Below, in pieces: positions 10,947 to 20,720 of a DNA stretch of 64,000 nucleotides (position 1 is its first letter; every line of letters starts with the position of its first letter). The DNA lies in assembly GCA_017983965.1 (NCBI GenBank), contig JAGOAI010000001.1, positions 475 to 64,474 of the forward strand. Reading direction: 5' to 3'. The notes beneath the pieces were generated by a model, which saw only the letters and a program-made list of their open reading frames with translations, was not told the origin of the DNA and searched no databases. Source of the stretch: Rhodoluna sp. Lineage in GTDB: Bacteria; Actinomycetota; Actinomycetes; Actinomycetales; Microbacteriaceae. Both the position numbers and the translations under genes were made by a program.

Positions 10947-12109
10947 TGACTGAAGCAGTTATTCGCCCTGGCAGCACCGGGCACAGCCACGGAGCTTCTG
11001 AGATTCCGCTGCAGACTCGCAGCGAGCGTTTGCGCTCATCGAACCCAGCCGACCACGTAGCGATCGATGGCCGTGACGAGCAGTGGCGTTACCTAGACGC
11101 GGCACGCCTTGCGGGCCTAGACGTCAATGTGCTTAGCGACGCAGCCAGCGAACTTGAGTTCAGTGGCCCGGCCGAGTTCAGCTTTGATTTGGTTGACGCA
11201 TCAGACCCACTGTTCGGAACCGCAGGCCTGCCTGAAGATCTGCCAAGTGCAAACGGTTGGTCAGCGGCTGCTAAGGCAGCAAAAGTCACGTTAAACGGCG
11301 AAGCAACAGAAGCTGCGATGATCAAGGTCGACGGCATCAAGCGCGATCGCGCCGCTCACATCATCGTGACAAGCAAGGTTCACTCTCGCGGAACCGTCAT
11401 CATCGACCACACTGGCGACGCAAGCCTCGCCGAGATTGTTGAAATCATCGTTGGCGACGAGAGCGAACTAACCGTCGTCTCGATTCAAGACTGGGATGCC
11501 GAAGCTGTGCACACCTCAGCGCAGTTCGCGCGAATCGGTCGAAACGCCAAGCTCAAGCACATCGTCATCAGCCTGGGCGGCAAGACCGTTCGAGTAACAC
11601 CGACTGCAGAGTTCACTGCACCTGGTGCAGAGGTAGAACTTCTCGGTCTCTATTTTGCAGACGCCGGTCAGCACCTCGAACACCGAAGCTACGTCGACCA
11701 CGCCGTCGCAAACTGCAAGTCTCGAGTTACCTACAAGGGCGCTTTGCAGGGCAAGGGTGCGCACACCGTTTGGGTTGGCGACGTGCTAATTCGCAAGGCG
11801 GCAGAAGGCACAGACACCTACGAGCTGAACCGCAACCTGTTGCTAACCGACGGCGCTCGCGCTGACTCGGTTCCGAATCTTGAGATCGAAACCGGAGAGA
11901 TCGAAGGTGCTGGCCACGCTAGCGCAAGCGGTCGATTCGATGACGAACAGCTCTTTTATCTGCAGGCACGCGGAATCAACGAGTTAGACGCTCGTCGCCT
12001 CGTGGTTCGCGGGTTTCTAAACGAAATCATTCAGAAGATTGGCATCGAGTCAATCGAAACTCGCTTGAACGAATCAATTGAACACGAACTGACTAGGAGC
12101 ATCAACTAA
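10946..12109 (+). CDS. sufD: Fe-S cluster assembly protein SufD
   Basis: ARADSVPNLEIETGEIEGAGHASASGRFDDEQLFYL; TAATG coupling to sufB. Confidence 0.95.
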   Translation: MTEAVIRPGSTGHSHGASEIPLQTRSERLRSSNPADHVAIDGRDEQWRYLDAARLAGLDVNVLSDAASELEFSGPAEFSFDLVDASDPLFGTAGLPEDLPSANGWSAAAKAAKVTLNGEATEAAMIKVDGIKRDRAAHIIVTSKVHSRGTVIIDHTGDASLAEIVEIIVGDESELTVVSIQDWDAEAVHTSAQFARIGRNAKLKHIVISLGGKTVRVTPTAEFTAPGAEVELLGLYFADAGQHLEHRSYVDHAVANCKSRVTYKGALQGKGAHTVWVGDVLIRKAAEGTDTYELNRNLLLTDGARADSVPNLEIETGEIEGAGHASASGRFDDEQLFYLQARGINELDARRLVVRGFLNEIIQKIGIESIETRLNESIEHELTRSIN

Positions 12110-12444
12110 TGGCAATTCGCATTTGCGCTATTGAAGACCTAGCCAAGGGCTCATACACTCGAGCAACTCTTGGCGACAAGGTGCTTGCAATCTTTCGCTC
12201 GAAAGATGGCAACTATCACATCGTTGATGACATGTGCTCGCACGAGAGCATTTCGCTCACCGCACACAACCAGCCGAATCTAGAAGATTTCGTGCACTTC
12301 ACCAACGACTACGTCGAGTGCCCATCACACGGCGCAAAGTTTTCATTCACGGATGGTTCACCGACCCTTCCGGCTTTTGAACCTATCCAGGTTTATGAAA
12401 TCATCATCGAAAATGACGAAGTTTTCGTCGAATACGAAGCTTAG
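12109..12444 (+). CDS. Rieske-type [2Fe-2S] ferredoxin in the SUF operon
   Basis: C43-x-H45 and C71-xx-H74; lies between sufD and sufC. Confidence 0.85.
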   Translation: MAIRICAIEDLAKGSYTRATLGDKVLAIFRSKDGNYHIVDDMCSHESISLTAHNQPNLEDFVHFTNDYVECPSHGAKFSFTDGSPTLPAFEPIQVYEIIIENDEVFVEYEA

Positions 12445-12455
12445 GAAAGAAGCAC

Positions 12456-13208
12456 ATGGCAATTTTGCAAATCAAGAATCTGCACGTTTCAGTCGAAACC
12501 GAGCAGGGTAGCAAAGAAATTCTCAGGGGAGTCGACCTAACCATTCGCAGCGGTGAGACTCACGCAATCATGGGCCCTAACGGTTCAGGCAAGTCGACAC
12601 TGGCTTACACAATTGCAGGTCACCCGAAATACACAGTCACCGAAGGTGAGATTCTGCTCGATGGTGAAGATGTTCTAGAGATGAGCGTCGACGAGCGCGC
12701 ACGTGCTGGTCTCTTCTTGGCTATGCAGTACCCGGTCGAGATTCCAGGCGTCTCAGTTAGCAATTTCTTGCGCACCGCCAAGACCGCCATCGCCGGTGAG
12801 GCACCGGCCATTCGCCCATGGATTGGCGAAGTTCGCGAAGCTATGAGCAACCTCAAAATGGATTCTGACTTTACCGAGCGCAACGTCAACGAGGGTTTCT
12901 CTGGTGGCGAGAAGAAGCGCCATGAAATCTTGCAGCTCGAATTGCTCAAGCCACACTTCGCGGTTCTTGACGAGACCGACTCGGGTCTTGACGTCGATGC
13001 CTTGCGTGTCGTTAGCGAAGGTGTAAACCGCGCAAAGGCCGCAAATGGCTTCGGCGTCTTGCTGATCACTCACTACACCCGCATTCTCAACTACATCAAG
13101 CCAGACTTCGTGCACGTGTTCGTCGCCGGCAAGATTGCCGAAGAGGGTGGCCCAGAGCTAGCAGAGCGTCTCGAAGCCGAAGGTTACGACCGTTACGTGA
13201 AGGCATAA
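12456..13208 (+). CDS. sufC: Fe-S assembly ATPase SufC
   Basis: GPNGSGKST, FLAMQYPVEIPGV, NEGFSGGEKKR, LDETDSGLD. Confidence 0.97.
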   Translation: MAILQIKNLHVSVETEQGSKEILRGVDLTIRSGETHAIMGPNGSGKSTLAYTIAGHPKYTVTEGEILLDGEDVLEMSVDERARAGLFLAMQYPVEIPGVSVSNFLRTAKTAIAGEAPAIRPWIGEVREAMSNLKMDSDFTERNVNEGFSGGEKKRHEILQLELLKPHFAVLDETDSGLDVDALRVVSEGVNRAKAANGFGVLLITHYTRILNYIKPDFVHVFVAGKIAEEGGPELAERLEAEGYDRYVKA

Positions 13209-13209
13209 A

Positions 13210-13539
13210 TTGCCAAACGAACTAGCTCCGCAGAAATACGACGAGGTGGTTGAGGCCCTCAAAGAGGTGATCGACCCTGAGCTTGGCGTGAACATTTATG
13301 ACCTCGGGCTGATCTATGACCTATTTGAGTCTGAAGAAGACAAGAGCTTGCTGATCAACATGACTCTCACCTCAGCAGGTTGCCCGCTAACCGATGTAAT
13401 CGAAGAGCAGACCGCAGAAGCTCTAGACGGAGTGGTCGAAGCATTTCGCATTAACTGGGTCTGGATGCCACCATGGGGACCAGAGCGAATTACCGATGAC
13501 GGCAAAGAGCAAATGCGCGCGATTGGTTTTTCGATTTAG
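13210..13539 (+). CDS. sufT: Metal-sulfur cluster assembly factor (SufT/DUF59)
   Basis: VIDPELGVNIYDLGLIY, MTLTSAGCPL, WMPPW. Confidence 0.9.
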   Translation: MPNELAPQKYDEVVEALKEVIDPELGVNIYDLGLIYDLFESEEDKSLLINMTLTSAGCPLTDVIEEQTAEALDGVVEAFRINWVWMPPWGPERITDDGKEQMRAIGFSI

Positions 13540-13550
13540 CAGTTTAAACA

Positions 13551-13587
13551 AAAATCGGCCGAGAAATTCTCGGCCGATTTTCTTTTT
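13551..13587. terminator. Bidirectional intrinsic terminator between sufT and bioY
   Basis: AAAATCGGCCGAGAA-A-TTCTCGGCCGATTTT palindrome with A/T tracts, between convergent genes. Confidence 0.85.
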
Positions 13588-13590
13588 GAA

Positions 13591-14181
13591 CTAGTTGTTC
13601 TTGAACTTGTTGGCGAGACGCCAAGCTTCTGGAACGATTGCCGCAGCAACAAATGCCTTGATGGCATCCCAGACCAAGAATGGCAAAACACCAAAGTTGA
13701 GCCCCTTGTTCCAGTCGCCACCCAGGTAACCGTAGGTCAACCAGCTAGCACCGATGCCATAGATAACCACTGAACCGAGAACATAAGAGGCGATCATGCC
13801 GATAGACGAGCTCGACCAGCCCTTCTCGGCAAGCCAACCAACTAGGGCAGCAGCCAAGATAAAACCGACGATGTAACCGCCGGTGGCACCAAAGAGGTAG
13901 TCAAAGCCGTGTTCCTGTGCGGTGAAAACAGGCAGACCAAGCCCACCAATGAGCGCATAGAGCCCAAGCGAGAGCGCGCCGCGAATGGCACCGAGGGTCG
14001 AACCGACCAAGAGAACAGCCAATGTCTGAAAAGTGAAAGGAACCGGCTCGTTTGGAATAGCCAACTGAGCAGCCAGTGCTGTGACTGTCGTTCCAATTAA
14101 AACGAGGGCTACGTCGGCGGTGAGGCTCTTCTTGACGAAGCGGTCAACGACAGTTGAGCGGTGGGTTAGTGCAATTGACAT
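13591..14181 (-). CDS. bioY: Biotin transporter BioY
   Basis: PVPFTFQTLAVLL, GLPVF, GATGGYIVGF; about six TM helices. Confidence 0.93.
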   Translation of the reverse strand: MSIALTHRSTVVDRFVKKSLTADVALVLIGTTVTALAAQLAIPNEPVPFTFQTLAVLLVGSTLGAIRGALSLGLYALIGGLGLPVFTAQEHGFDYLFGATGGYIVGFILAAALVGWLAEKGWSSSSIGMIASYVLGSVVIYGIGASWLTYGYLGGDWNKGLNFGVLPFLVWDAIKAFVAAAIVPEAWRLANKFKNN

Positions 14182-14282
14182 GTGTTCTCCATAAGAAATT
14201 GACTTGGGTCAATTGTAAACTAGGGCTTTTGTAGCCCATCTACCTAATTGCACTAAATTACCCCGCCCATTTTGGAGCATTC

Positions 14283-15881
14283 ATGATTGCCGTAACTGAC
14301 CTCGAGATTCGCATTGGCGCTCGAGTGCTTATGTCACAGGTAAATTTTCGTGTTGCTAGGGGCGACAAAATCGGTCTTGTCGGTCGCAATGGTGCCGGCA
14401 AGACGACTCTGACCAAGATTTTGGCAGGCGACGGGCAGCCGGATGTTGGCACTGTCGATCGAATCGGCGAAATCGGCTACCTTCCGCAAGACCCTCGAAG
14501 CGGCGACCCAGAAGAGCTTGCCAAGAATCGCATTTTGAACGCGCGCGGTCTCGGCGATTTGTTGATGCAAATGGAGAAGGCCTCTCTCGACATGGGCAGC
14601 ATCGATGAAAAGGTCTATGACAACGCCATGCGCAAGTATGGCAACCTCGAAGAGCAGTTTCAAGCTGCCGGAGGCTATGCAGCCGAGGCCGAGGCCGCCG
14701 CGATCGCGAGCAACCTAGGCATCAAAGAGCACATTCTCGAACAGCCACTCAAGACCCTCTCGGGTGGTCAACGACGTCGAATCGAATTGGCCCGAATTCT
14801 TTTCAGCAACGCCGAAACCATGATTCTCGACGAGCCGACTAACCACCTCGATGCCGACTCTGTAATTTGGCTTCGCGATTTCTTGAAGACCTACCAGGGC
14901 GGTCTGATTGTGATCAGTCACGACGTCGACCTAATTGGCGAAACCGTTAATCGAGTTTTTTACCTTGATGCCATGCGTGGCGTCATCGACGTTTACAACA
15001 TGGGTTGGCGCAACTACCTCAAGCAGCGTGAGTCTGACGAAGAACGTCGCAAGCGTGAGCGAGCAGGCGCTGAGAAGCAGGCAGCGACTTTGCGGTTGCA
15101 AGCCGCGAAGTTCGGTGCAAAGGCATCTAAGGCTGCCGCAGCTCAACAAATGGTCAAGCGAGCAGAGAAACTTCTGGGTGCTCTCGAAGACGTTCGCGAA
15201 ACAGATCGAGTTGCGAAGATTAAGTTTCCTGACCCGGCACCTTGCGGCAGAACCCCGCTAATGGCCACCAACCTGAGCAAGAGCTACGGTTCGCTCGAAA
15301 TTTTCACTGCCGTTGATTTGGCGATCGACAAGGGCAGCAAGGTCGTCATCATTGGCCTGAATGGTGCTGGCAAGACCACAATGCTGAGAATGCTTGCCGG
15401 CATTGATAAACCAGACACGGGCGAAATCATCGAAGGTCATGGCCTCAAGGTTGGCTACTTTGCCCAGGAACACGAGACTCTCGATGTTTCGAAGACCGTT
15501 CTTCAGAACATGCAGCGATCTGCTCCGCATCTTGCCGACACCGATGCTCGAAAGGTGCTCGGTTCTTTTCTCTTCACCGGAGATGACGTAGACAAACCTG
15601 CCGGAGTGCTGAGCGGTGGTGAGAAGACTCGTCTGGCCCTGGCATCGCTTGTGGTGTCTTCGGCAAACGTGTTGCTTCTAGACGAACCAACTAACAACCT
15701 CGACCCAGCAAGTCGCGAAGAGATTTTGCGTGCCCTAAGCACCTTCACTGGAGCTGTGGTTCTGGTTTCGCACGACGAGGGAGCTGTGCTTGCCCTCAAC
15801 CCAGAGCGCGTATTGATTTTGCCTGATGGCGATGAAGATCTCTGGAACGACAGCTATGCCGAGCTCATCTCACTCAGCTAG
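14283..15881 (+). CDS. ABC-F family ATPase (no TM domains; Rv1473-like position after SUF)
   Basis: Two NBDs (GRNGAGKTT and GLNGAGKTT; LSGGQ and LSGGE; LDEPTN twice) joined by a charged linker. Confidence 0.92.
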   Translation: MIAVTDLEIRIGARVLMSQVNFRVARGDKIGLVGRNGAGKTTLTKILAGDGQPDVGTVDRIGEIGYLPQDPRSGDPEELAKNRILNARGLGDLLMQMEKASLDMGSIDEKVYDNAMRKYGNLEEQFQAAGGYAAEAEAAAIASNLGIKEHILEQPLKTLSGGQRRRIELARILFSNAETMILDEPTNHLDADSVIWLRDFLKTYQGGLIVISHDVDLIGETVNRVFYLDAMRGVIDVYNMGWRNYLKQRESDEERRKRERAGAEKQAATLRLQAAKFGAKASKAAAAQQMVKRAEKLLGALEDVRETDRVAKIKFPDPAPCGRTPLMATNLSKSYGSLEIFTAVDLAIDKGSKVVIIGLNGAGKTTMLRMLAGIDKPDTGEIIEGHGLKVGYFAQEHETLDVSKTVLQNMQRSAPHLADTDARKVLGSFLFTGDDVDKPAGVLSGGEKTRLALASLVVSSANVLLLDEPTNNLDPASREEILRALSTFTGAVVLVSHDEGAVLALNPERVLILPDGDEDLWNDSYAELISLS

Positions 15882-15890
15882 TTGCAACCT

Positions 15891-16703
15891 CTAGCTGCTG
15901 CGATCTAGCAGTTTGTCTTCGGTTTCGGCATCAACCTGACCAAAGAGCTTTCGCTTTGAAATTCTCTTCTTGCCGGCTTGGGCTTCGCGTTCTTTCTTGA
16001 TTCCCCAGAACAACGCCGCTGCCGACATTAGAGCAAAGAGAATCCATTGCAGTGCATAGCTGAGATGATTGCCTTCGCCAAGTTGTGGTTTATCCAATCT
16101 TTTTGGCGCAGTTTCTTGAACAAGTGATTCACTCGCCATTCGAACGTAGACCTTGCTAAATACTTTCTGTTCAATGCTCTCGGCTGCTACAAGCGCGGCG
16201 ATGTTTATAGTCGCAAGCTGACCTTGCGGCGCCGTTCGGTTGAGAGTTGGTTCTGATGCCCTGGTTCTGCCAGTGATCGTTTGAATTGACTCTGCGGGCA
16301 GAGGAACATCGTCAGGCGCTTGGTACTGGTCGCCGGCTGCTAGCCAACCGCGTTCTACTGCCACCACGGTTCCATCTGATAACTCAAACGGGACTACTTG
16401 CAAAAAGCCGGGCTGCCCATTCAGCGGACGATTGCGCACCAGAACAGATTTGTCGACCAGATAGCGGCCCGAAAGTTCAACTCTTCGCCATTCATTGGAC
16501 TTGTCAAAGGAGTCGAGGTTGGCAACGTCTTGAAGTTGCACGGCAGGCGAGTCGTAGTTCTCGGCCAGTTGCTGCATTGCAGTGAGCGCTTCTTCACGAC
16601 GATTGAATTGCCAGTTCGAGAGATATACGCAGGCTATCGAAAACGCAACAACAAGCGAGAGCCAGCCGAACCAGCGCTTCAAATCTGATCGCGATGCTCG
16701 CAT
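15891..16703 (-). CDS. SURF1/Shy1 family cytochrome oxidase biogenesis protein
   Basis: N-terminal TM with LSNWQFNRR, VERGW, and HLSYALQWILF before the C-terminal TM. Confidence 0.9.
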   Translation of the reverse strand: MRASRSDLKRWFGWLSLVVAFSIACVYLSNWQFNRREEALTAMQQLAENYDSPAVQLQDVANLDSFDKSNEWRRVELSGRYLVDKSVLVRNRPLNGQPGFLQVVPFELSDGTVVAVERGWLAAGDQYQAPDDVPLPAESIQTITGRTRASEPTLNRTAPQGQLATINIAALVAAESIEQKVFSKVYVRMASESLVQETAPKRLDKPQLGEGNHLSYALQWILFALMSAAALFWGIKKEREAQAGKKRISKRKLFGQVDAETEDKLLDRSS

Positions 16704-16706
16704 TGA

Positions 16707-16904
16707 CTATTGCTCGATTTCTATTGGCCTTGACTCAAGAAAGAATTCTCGAACCTGAAGATAGTCAACCAGAAAGGCCTGATGATCTGCGCAGGCAGAC
16801 CAGGTCTTGGTGCGGCCATCGGTGTGAATCTTTGGGTTTCGCCAGATGATGAGTCTTTCGGCGGCTGCCTGACAGCCAGCACGAGAGCACTTTTGCAATG
16901 TCAA
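16707..16904 (-). CDS. Small conserved actinobacterial protein, possible metal binder
   Basis: CSRAGC, WRNPKIH, KTWSACADH; fills the gap between DUF3099 and SURF1 with 3-nt spacers. Confidence 0.75.
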   Translation of the reverse strand: MTLQKCSRAGCQAAAERLIIWRNPKIHTDGRTKTWSACADHQAFLVDYLQVREFFLESRPIEIEQ

Positions 16905-16907
16905 AAG

Positions 16908-17213
16908 CTATTTGCCCTCTGGGTCGACAATCTTGAAGTCAGTTGCCTCAATGCGCAGTTGTGGGGCAACCACCTCGGTTGCCTTTGCAGTTTTGGTTTG
17001 CGGTCCACCTGTGGCATTCGCGATTATCACGGCAAAGTATGGCAAAAAGATTGCACCCGCGAAGCAGACCCACATCAGCCAACCGCTGACATAAACACCA
17101 AGCACGATGCAAACCACTCGAAGCGACATCGCCACCGTGTAGCGAATCATGCGTGATTTGCGCTCATCCTCGGGAGATAGCTCGAGGTTAGTGACGCTCT
17201 GGGCCGTTGCCAA
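16908..17213 (-). CDS. DUF3099 family membrane protein
   Basis: RMIRYTVAMSLRVVC and GAIFLPYFAVIIAN pattern; divergent from fabG. Confidence 0.8.
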   Translation of the reverse strand: MATAQSVTNLELSPEDERKSRMIRYTVAMSLRVVCIVLGVYVSGWLMWVCFAGAIFLPYFAVIIANATGGPQTKTAKATEVVAPQLRIEATDFKIVDPEGK

Positions 17214-17323
17214 TGAAACTCCATTCGAGGCTTGCGTTCGGGGCTAATTTTAAGCCAAAGACTAGACTTGCCATTAGTTTCAACGCCTTCGAAGGCGCCC
17301 GTATTCCTGATTTGGAGTAAATA

Positions 17324-18031
17324 GTGACTGAAAGAGTCGTGCTTGTTACCGGCGGAAACCGAGGAATCGGTCGATCGATTGCCGAAGAGTTTCTTAAGCA
17401 AGGCCACAAGGTGGCAGTTACCGTTCGATCTGGCGAGGGGCCAGCGGGGTCGCTCAGCGTAAAAGCCGATGTCACCGACGCAGCGTCGCTCGACGCCGCC
17501 TTTGCCGAAATCGAAGAGAAGCTCGGCCCGGTAGAGATTCTGGTGGCGAATGCTGGCATCACCCGCGACACCCTTCTGATGCGCATGACCGACGAGCAAT
17601 TCGAAGAAGTCGTAAACACCAACCTGAACGGAGTGTTCAGGGTGTTGCGTAGAGCAACCATGGGCATGATCAAGAAGAAGTACGGTCGAGTTATTTTGAT
17701 CGGTTCTGTCGTTGGACTTCTCGGTTCGGCCGGGCAGGTAAATTATTCGGCAACAAAGTCGGCGCTCGTCGGGATGGCTAGATCAATCACCCGCGAACTC
17801 GGCGGCAGAAACATCACAGCAAACGTCGTTGCTCCTGGCTTTATCGACACCGACATGACCGCCTCCTTGCCAGAAGAAGCCCAGGTCGACTACAAGAAGC
17901 GCATTCCTGCTGGTCGTTTTGCATCACCACAAGAAGTTGCCCGCGTCGTCACCTGGCTTGCCTCAGACGATGCCTCTTACATCAGCGGTGCCGTTATTCC
18001 GGTCGATGGCGGCCTAGGCATGGGGCACTAG
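17324..18031 (+). CDS. fabG: 3-oxoacyl-ACP reductase (MabA/FabG1 type)
   Basis: TGGNRGIG, NAGITRDTLLMRM, GQVNYSATK, VAPGFIDTDMT, PVDGGLGMGH. Confidence 0.95.
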   Translation: MTERVVLVTGGNRGIGRSIAEEFLKQGHKVAVTVRSGEGPAGSLSVKADVTDAASLDAAFAEIEEKLGPVEILVANAGITRDTLLMRMTDEQFEEVVNTNLNGVFRVLRRATMGMIKKKYGRVILIGSVVGLLGSAGQVNYSATKSALVGMARSITRELGGRNITANVVAPGFIDTDMTASLPEEAQVDYKKRIPAGRFASPQEVARVVTWLASDDASYISGAVIPVDGGLGMGH

Positions 18032-18042
18032 AAGGAGTCAAA

Positions 18043-18807
18043 ATGACAAATCCACTTTCACCAAATAGCCTGCTCGGCAAAGTTGCTCTAGTCACTGGCT
18101 CTTCTCGAGGAATCGGTGCAGACACCGTCACATATTTTGCCGAGGCGGGCGCATCGGTAATCGTCAATTTTCGAAACAAAGAGGCAAGAGCACTCAAAAT
18201 CGTTGCCGCAATCGAAGAAAAAGGTTCTAGGGCAATTGCCTGTGGCGCAGACCTGACTGACCAGCAATCTGTCGAGGGCATGTTCGAGTCTGCAGAGGCA
18301 GCTTTTGGCAAATTAGACATTTTGGTGATGAACGCTTCGGGCGGAATGGAAGCCGGCATGGGCGAAGACTATGCGATGCGACTAAACCGCGATTCGCAAG
18401 TGAATCTGCTCAAGGCAGCGCTTCCACATCTCAACGATGGCGCTCGCGTTGTCTTTGTAACCAGCCACCAGGCGCACTTCATTAGAACTACTCCGACCAT
18501 GCCTGAGTATGTTCCAGTTGCTCTTTCTAAGCGAGCTGGCGAAGACGCACTTCGTGACATGATTCCTGAATTAGCCAGCCGAAACATCGGATTCGTGGTC
18601 GTCTCTGGAGACATGATCGAGGGCACCATCACGGCAACCCTGCTAGAGCGGGCTAACCCTGGAGCGATTGAATCGCGCCGCGAGGGTGCCGGCAAACTTT
18701 ACAACGTGAGCGAATTCGCTGCCGAAATTGCACTAGCAGCTGTTGAAGAAGTTCCGCCGAACAATACCCGTCTCGTCGGCGACACAAGCGACTTTATCGC
18801 CGAGTAA
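18043..18807 (+). CDS. Atypical SDR; candidate FabL-like enoyl-ACP reductase
   Basis: TGSSRGIG Rossmann motif; MPEYVPVALSK is Y-x6-K rather than YxxxK; directly follows fabG. Confidence 0.8.
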   Translation: MTNPLSPNSLLGKVALVTGSSRGIGADTVTYFAEAGASVIVNFRNKEARALKIVAAIEEKGSRAIACGADLTDQQSVEGMFESAEAAFGKLDILVMNASGGMEAGMGEDYAMRLNRDSQVNLLKAALPHLNDGARVVFVTSHQAHFIRTTPTMPEYVPVALSKRAGEDALRDMIPELASRNIGFVVVSGDMIEGTITATLLERANPGAIESRREGAGKLYNVSEFAAEIALAAVEEVPPNNTRLVGDTSDFIAE

Positions 18808-19435
18808 GCCCTAGAGCTTCAGCAAGTTGAAATAGGTCGCGCTTGCCGATCACAATGTCAGCACTGTCGCGAACGATTTGTTTTGCGTTAAAGGCAACCG
18901 ATAGCCCCGCGGCTTGCATCATTTCTAGGTCGTTAGCGCCGTCACCAACGGCGATTGTCTGAGCAATATCGAAACCCGCTAAATGCGCCCACTCGATTAA
19001 TGCGTTCTTCTTTTCAGAGCGATCGATGATTTTTCCGATAACTCTTCCGGTAAGAAAGCCATCAATAACCTCGAGGTCGTTGGCTCTAGCAAAGTCGAGA
19101 GACAGACGTTCGGCTAGGGGAGTCAGCACCTGGCTAAAGCCACCGCTAACTGCACCAACGCGACCTCCGGCAGAGTGAACGGCATCAATCAGTTGCACAG
19201 CGCCCTGAGTAACTGTGATTCGCTGCAAGACCTCTTCAAAAACCGAAACAGGCAAACCAGCGAGAGTTTTCACTCGCTCTATCAAACTCTCAGCAAAATC
19301 GAGCTCGCCTGCCATGGCCCGCTCGGTTACGGAAGCAACTTCATCGCGCTTGCCTGCAACATCGGCCAATAGTTCAATCACTTCGTCTTCGATGAGGGTT
19401 GAATCAACATCAAATACGACTAAAAGTTTTGTCAA
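18794..19435 (-). CDS. serB: Phosphoserine phosphatase
   Basis: [31 protein letters not shown]. Confidence 0.94.
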   Translation of the reverse strand: MTKLLVVFDVDSTLIEDEVIELLADVAGKRDEVASVTERAMAGELDFAESLIERVKTLAGLPVSVFEEVLQRITVTQGAVQLIDAVHSAGGRVGAVSGGFSQVLTPLAERLSLDFARANDLEVIDGFLTGRVIGKIIDRSEKKNALIEWAHLAGFDIAQTIAVGDGANDLEMMQAAGLSVAFNAKQIVRDSADIVIGKRDLFQLAEALGLTRR

Positions 19436-20673
19436 GGTGTAACCAGCACACCCTTAGCAACAACCGTGATGCCGGTCTCTGAAACCGTGAAGCCTCTAGC
19501 CAAATCGCGATCACGGTCGACACCGATTGAGGCACCATCGGCAACCACAACGCCTTTGTCGAGAATGGCGCGACGAATAGTGCTGTCGCGGCCAACCTGC
19601 ACGTCATCAAGCAAGACCGAGTCGGTGACCAATGCGCGTGAGTGCACTCGAACGTTCGGCGAGAGCACGCTGCGCTCGACAATGCCACCCGAGACAACGG
19701 TGCCAAGCGAAACAATCGAGTCGGTGGTGCGGCCCTGGTTGCCTTCGCCATCATGAACGAATTTTGCTGGTGGCAGGTTGACCTGCTGGGTGTGAATTGG
19801 CCACTCGCTGTTATAAAGGTTGAAAACCGGCATAACCGAAATTAGGTCCATGTGAGCTTCGTAGTAGGACTCAATGGTTCCCACATCTCGCCAATAAGAG
19901 TGATCGCGCTCGGTCGAACCTGGAATCTGGTTGAACGTGAAATCGTAAGCGCTTGCATCTTGTCTAGAAACCATATACGGGATGATGTCGCCACCCATAT
20001 CGTGAGACGAGTCATCGAGTGTTCCGTCGTGTTCGATTGCATCAATCAGCGCTTGGGCTGAAAAAACGTAGTTACCCATCGACACGAGAGCCTCGTTAGG
20101 TGCGTCTAGAAGAGGCTTCGGGTTGCTCGGCTTCTCGCGGAATGCAGAAATCTTTGTTGGGTCATTGTCATCAACTTCGATAACACCAAATTGGGTGGCG
20201 AGATTTAGCGGCTGTCGAATGGCGGCAACCGTCACACCTCGACCAGATTCGATGTGCGCCTGAATCATCTGATCGAAGTCCATGCGATAAACGTGATCTG
20301 CACCAACAATCACAACGATGTCTGGGCGCTCGTCGCTCAGCAAGTTCATGCTTTGCAAAATTGCATCGGCGCTGCCTGAGAACCATCGCTTGCCAAGACG
20401 CTGCTGAGCCGGAACCGAAGCAACATATGATCCGAGCAGCGGAGACATTCTCCAAGTTTGTGAAATGTGTCGGTCGAGTGAGTGCGACTTGTATTGAGTC
20501 AAGACCACGATTCGACGAAGACCTGAGTTGATTAGGTTCGAAAGAGCAAAGTCAATGAGTCGGTAACTTCCGCCGAATGGAACCGCCGGTTTTGCACGTT
20601 CGTCGGTAAGCGGCATGAGTCGCTTTCCTTCACCACCGGCGAGGACCATTCCGAAGATACGTGGACTACTCAT
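19432..20673 (-). CDS. glgC: Glucose-1-phosphate adenylyltransferase
   Basis: [39 protein letters not shown]. Start set at ATG 20673. Confidence 0.97.
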   Translation of the reverse strand: MSSPRIFGMVLAGGEGKRLMPLTDERAKPAVPFGGSYRLIDFALSNLINSGLRRIVVLTQYKSHSLDRHISQTWRMSPLLGSYVASVPAQQRLGKRWFSGSADAILQSMNLLSDERPDIVVIVGADHVYRMDFDQMIQAHIESGRGVTVAAIRQPLNLATQFGVIEVDDNDPTKISAFREKPSNPKPLLDAPNEALVSMGNYVFSAQALIDAIEHDGTLDDSSHDMGGDIIPYMVSRQDASAYDFTFNQIPGSTERDHSYWRDVGTIESYYEAHMDLISVMPVFNLYNSEWPIHTQQVNLPPAKFVHDGEGNQGRTTDSIVSLGTVVSGGIVERSVLSPNVRVHSRALVTDSVLLDDVQVGRDSTIRRAILDKGVVVADGASIGVDRDRDLARGFTVSETGITVVAKGVLVTP

Positions 20674-20720
20674 ACCGAGAATGTTATTCCTCAAAGCGAA
20701 CACACCGCTAGCATTGCGCT

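Noticed and set aside
17284-17297. Palindrome CGCCTTCGAAGGCG upstream of fabG
   Set aside because: A single short GC-rich hairpin in a likely 5' UTR, with no second copy or other support.
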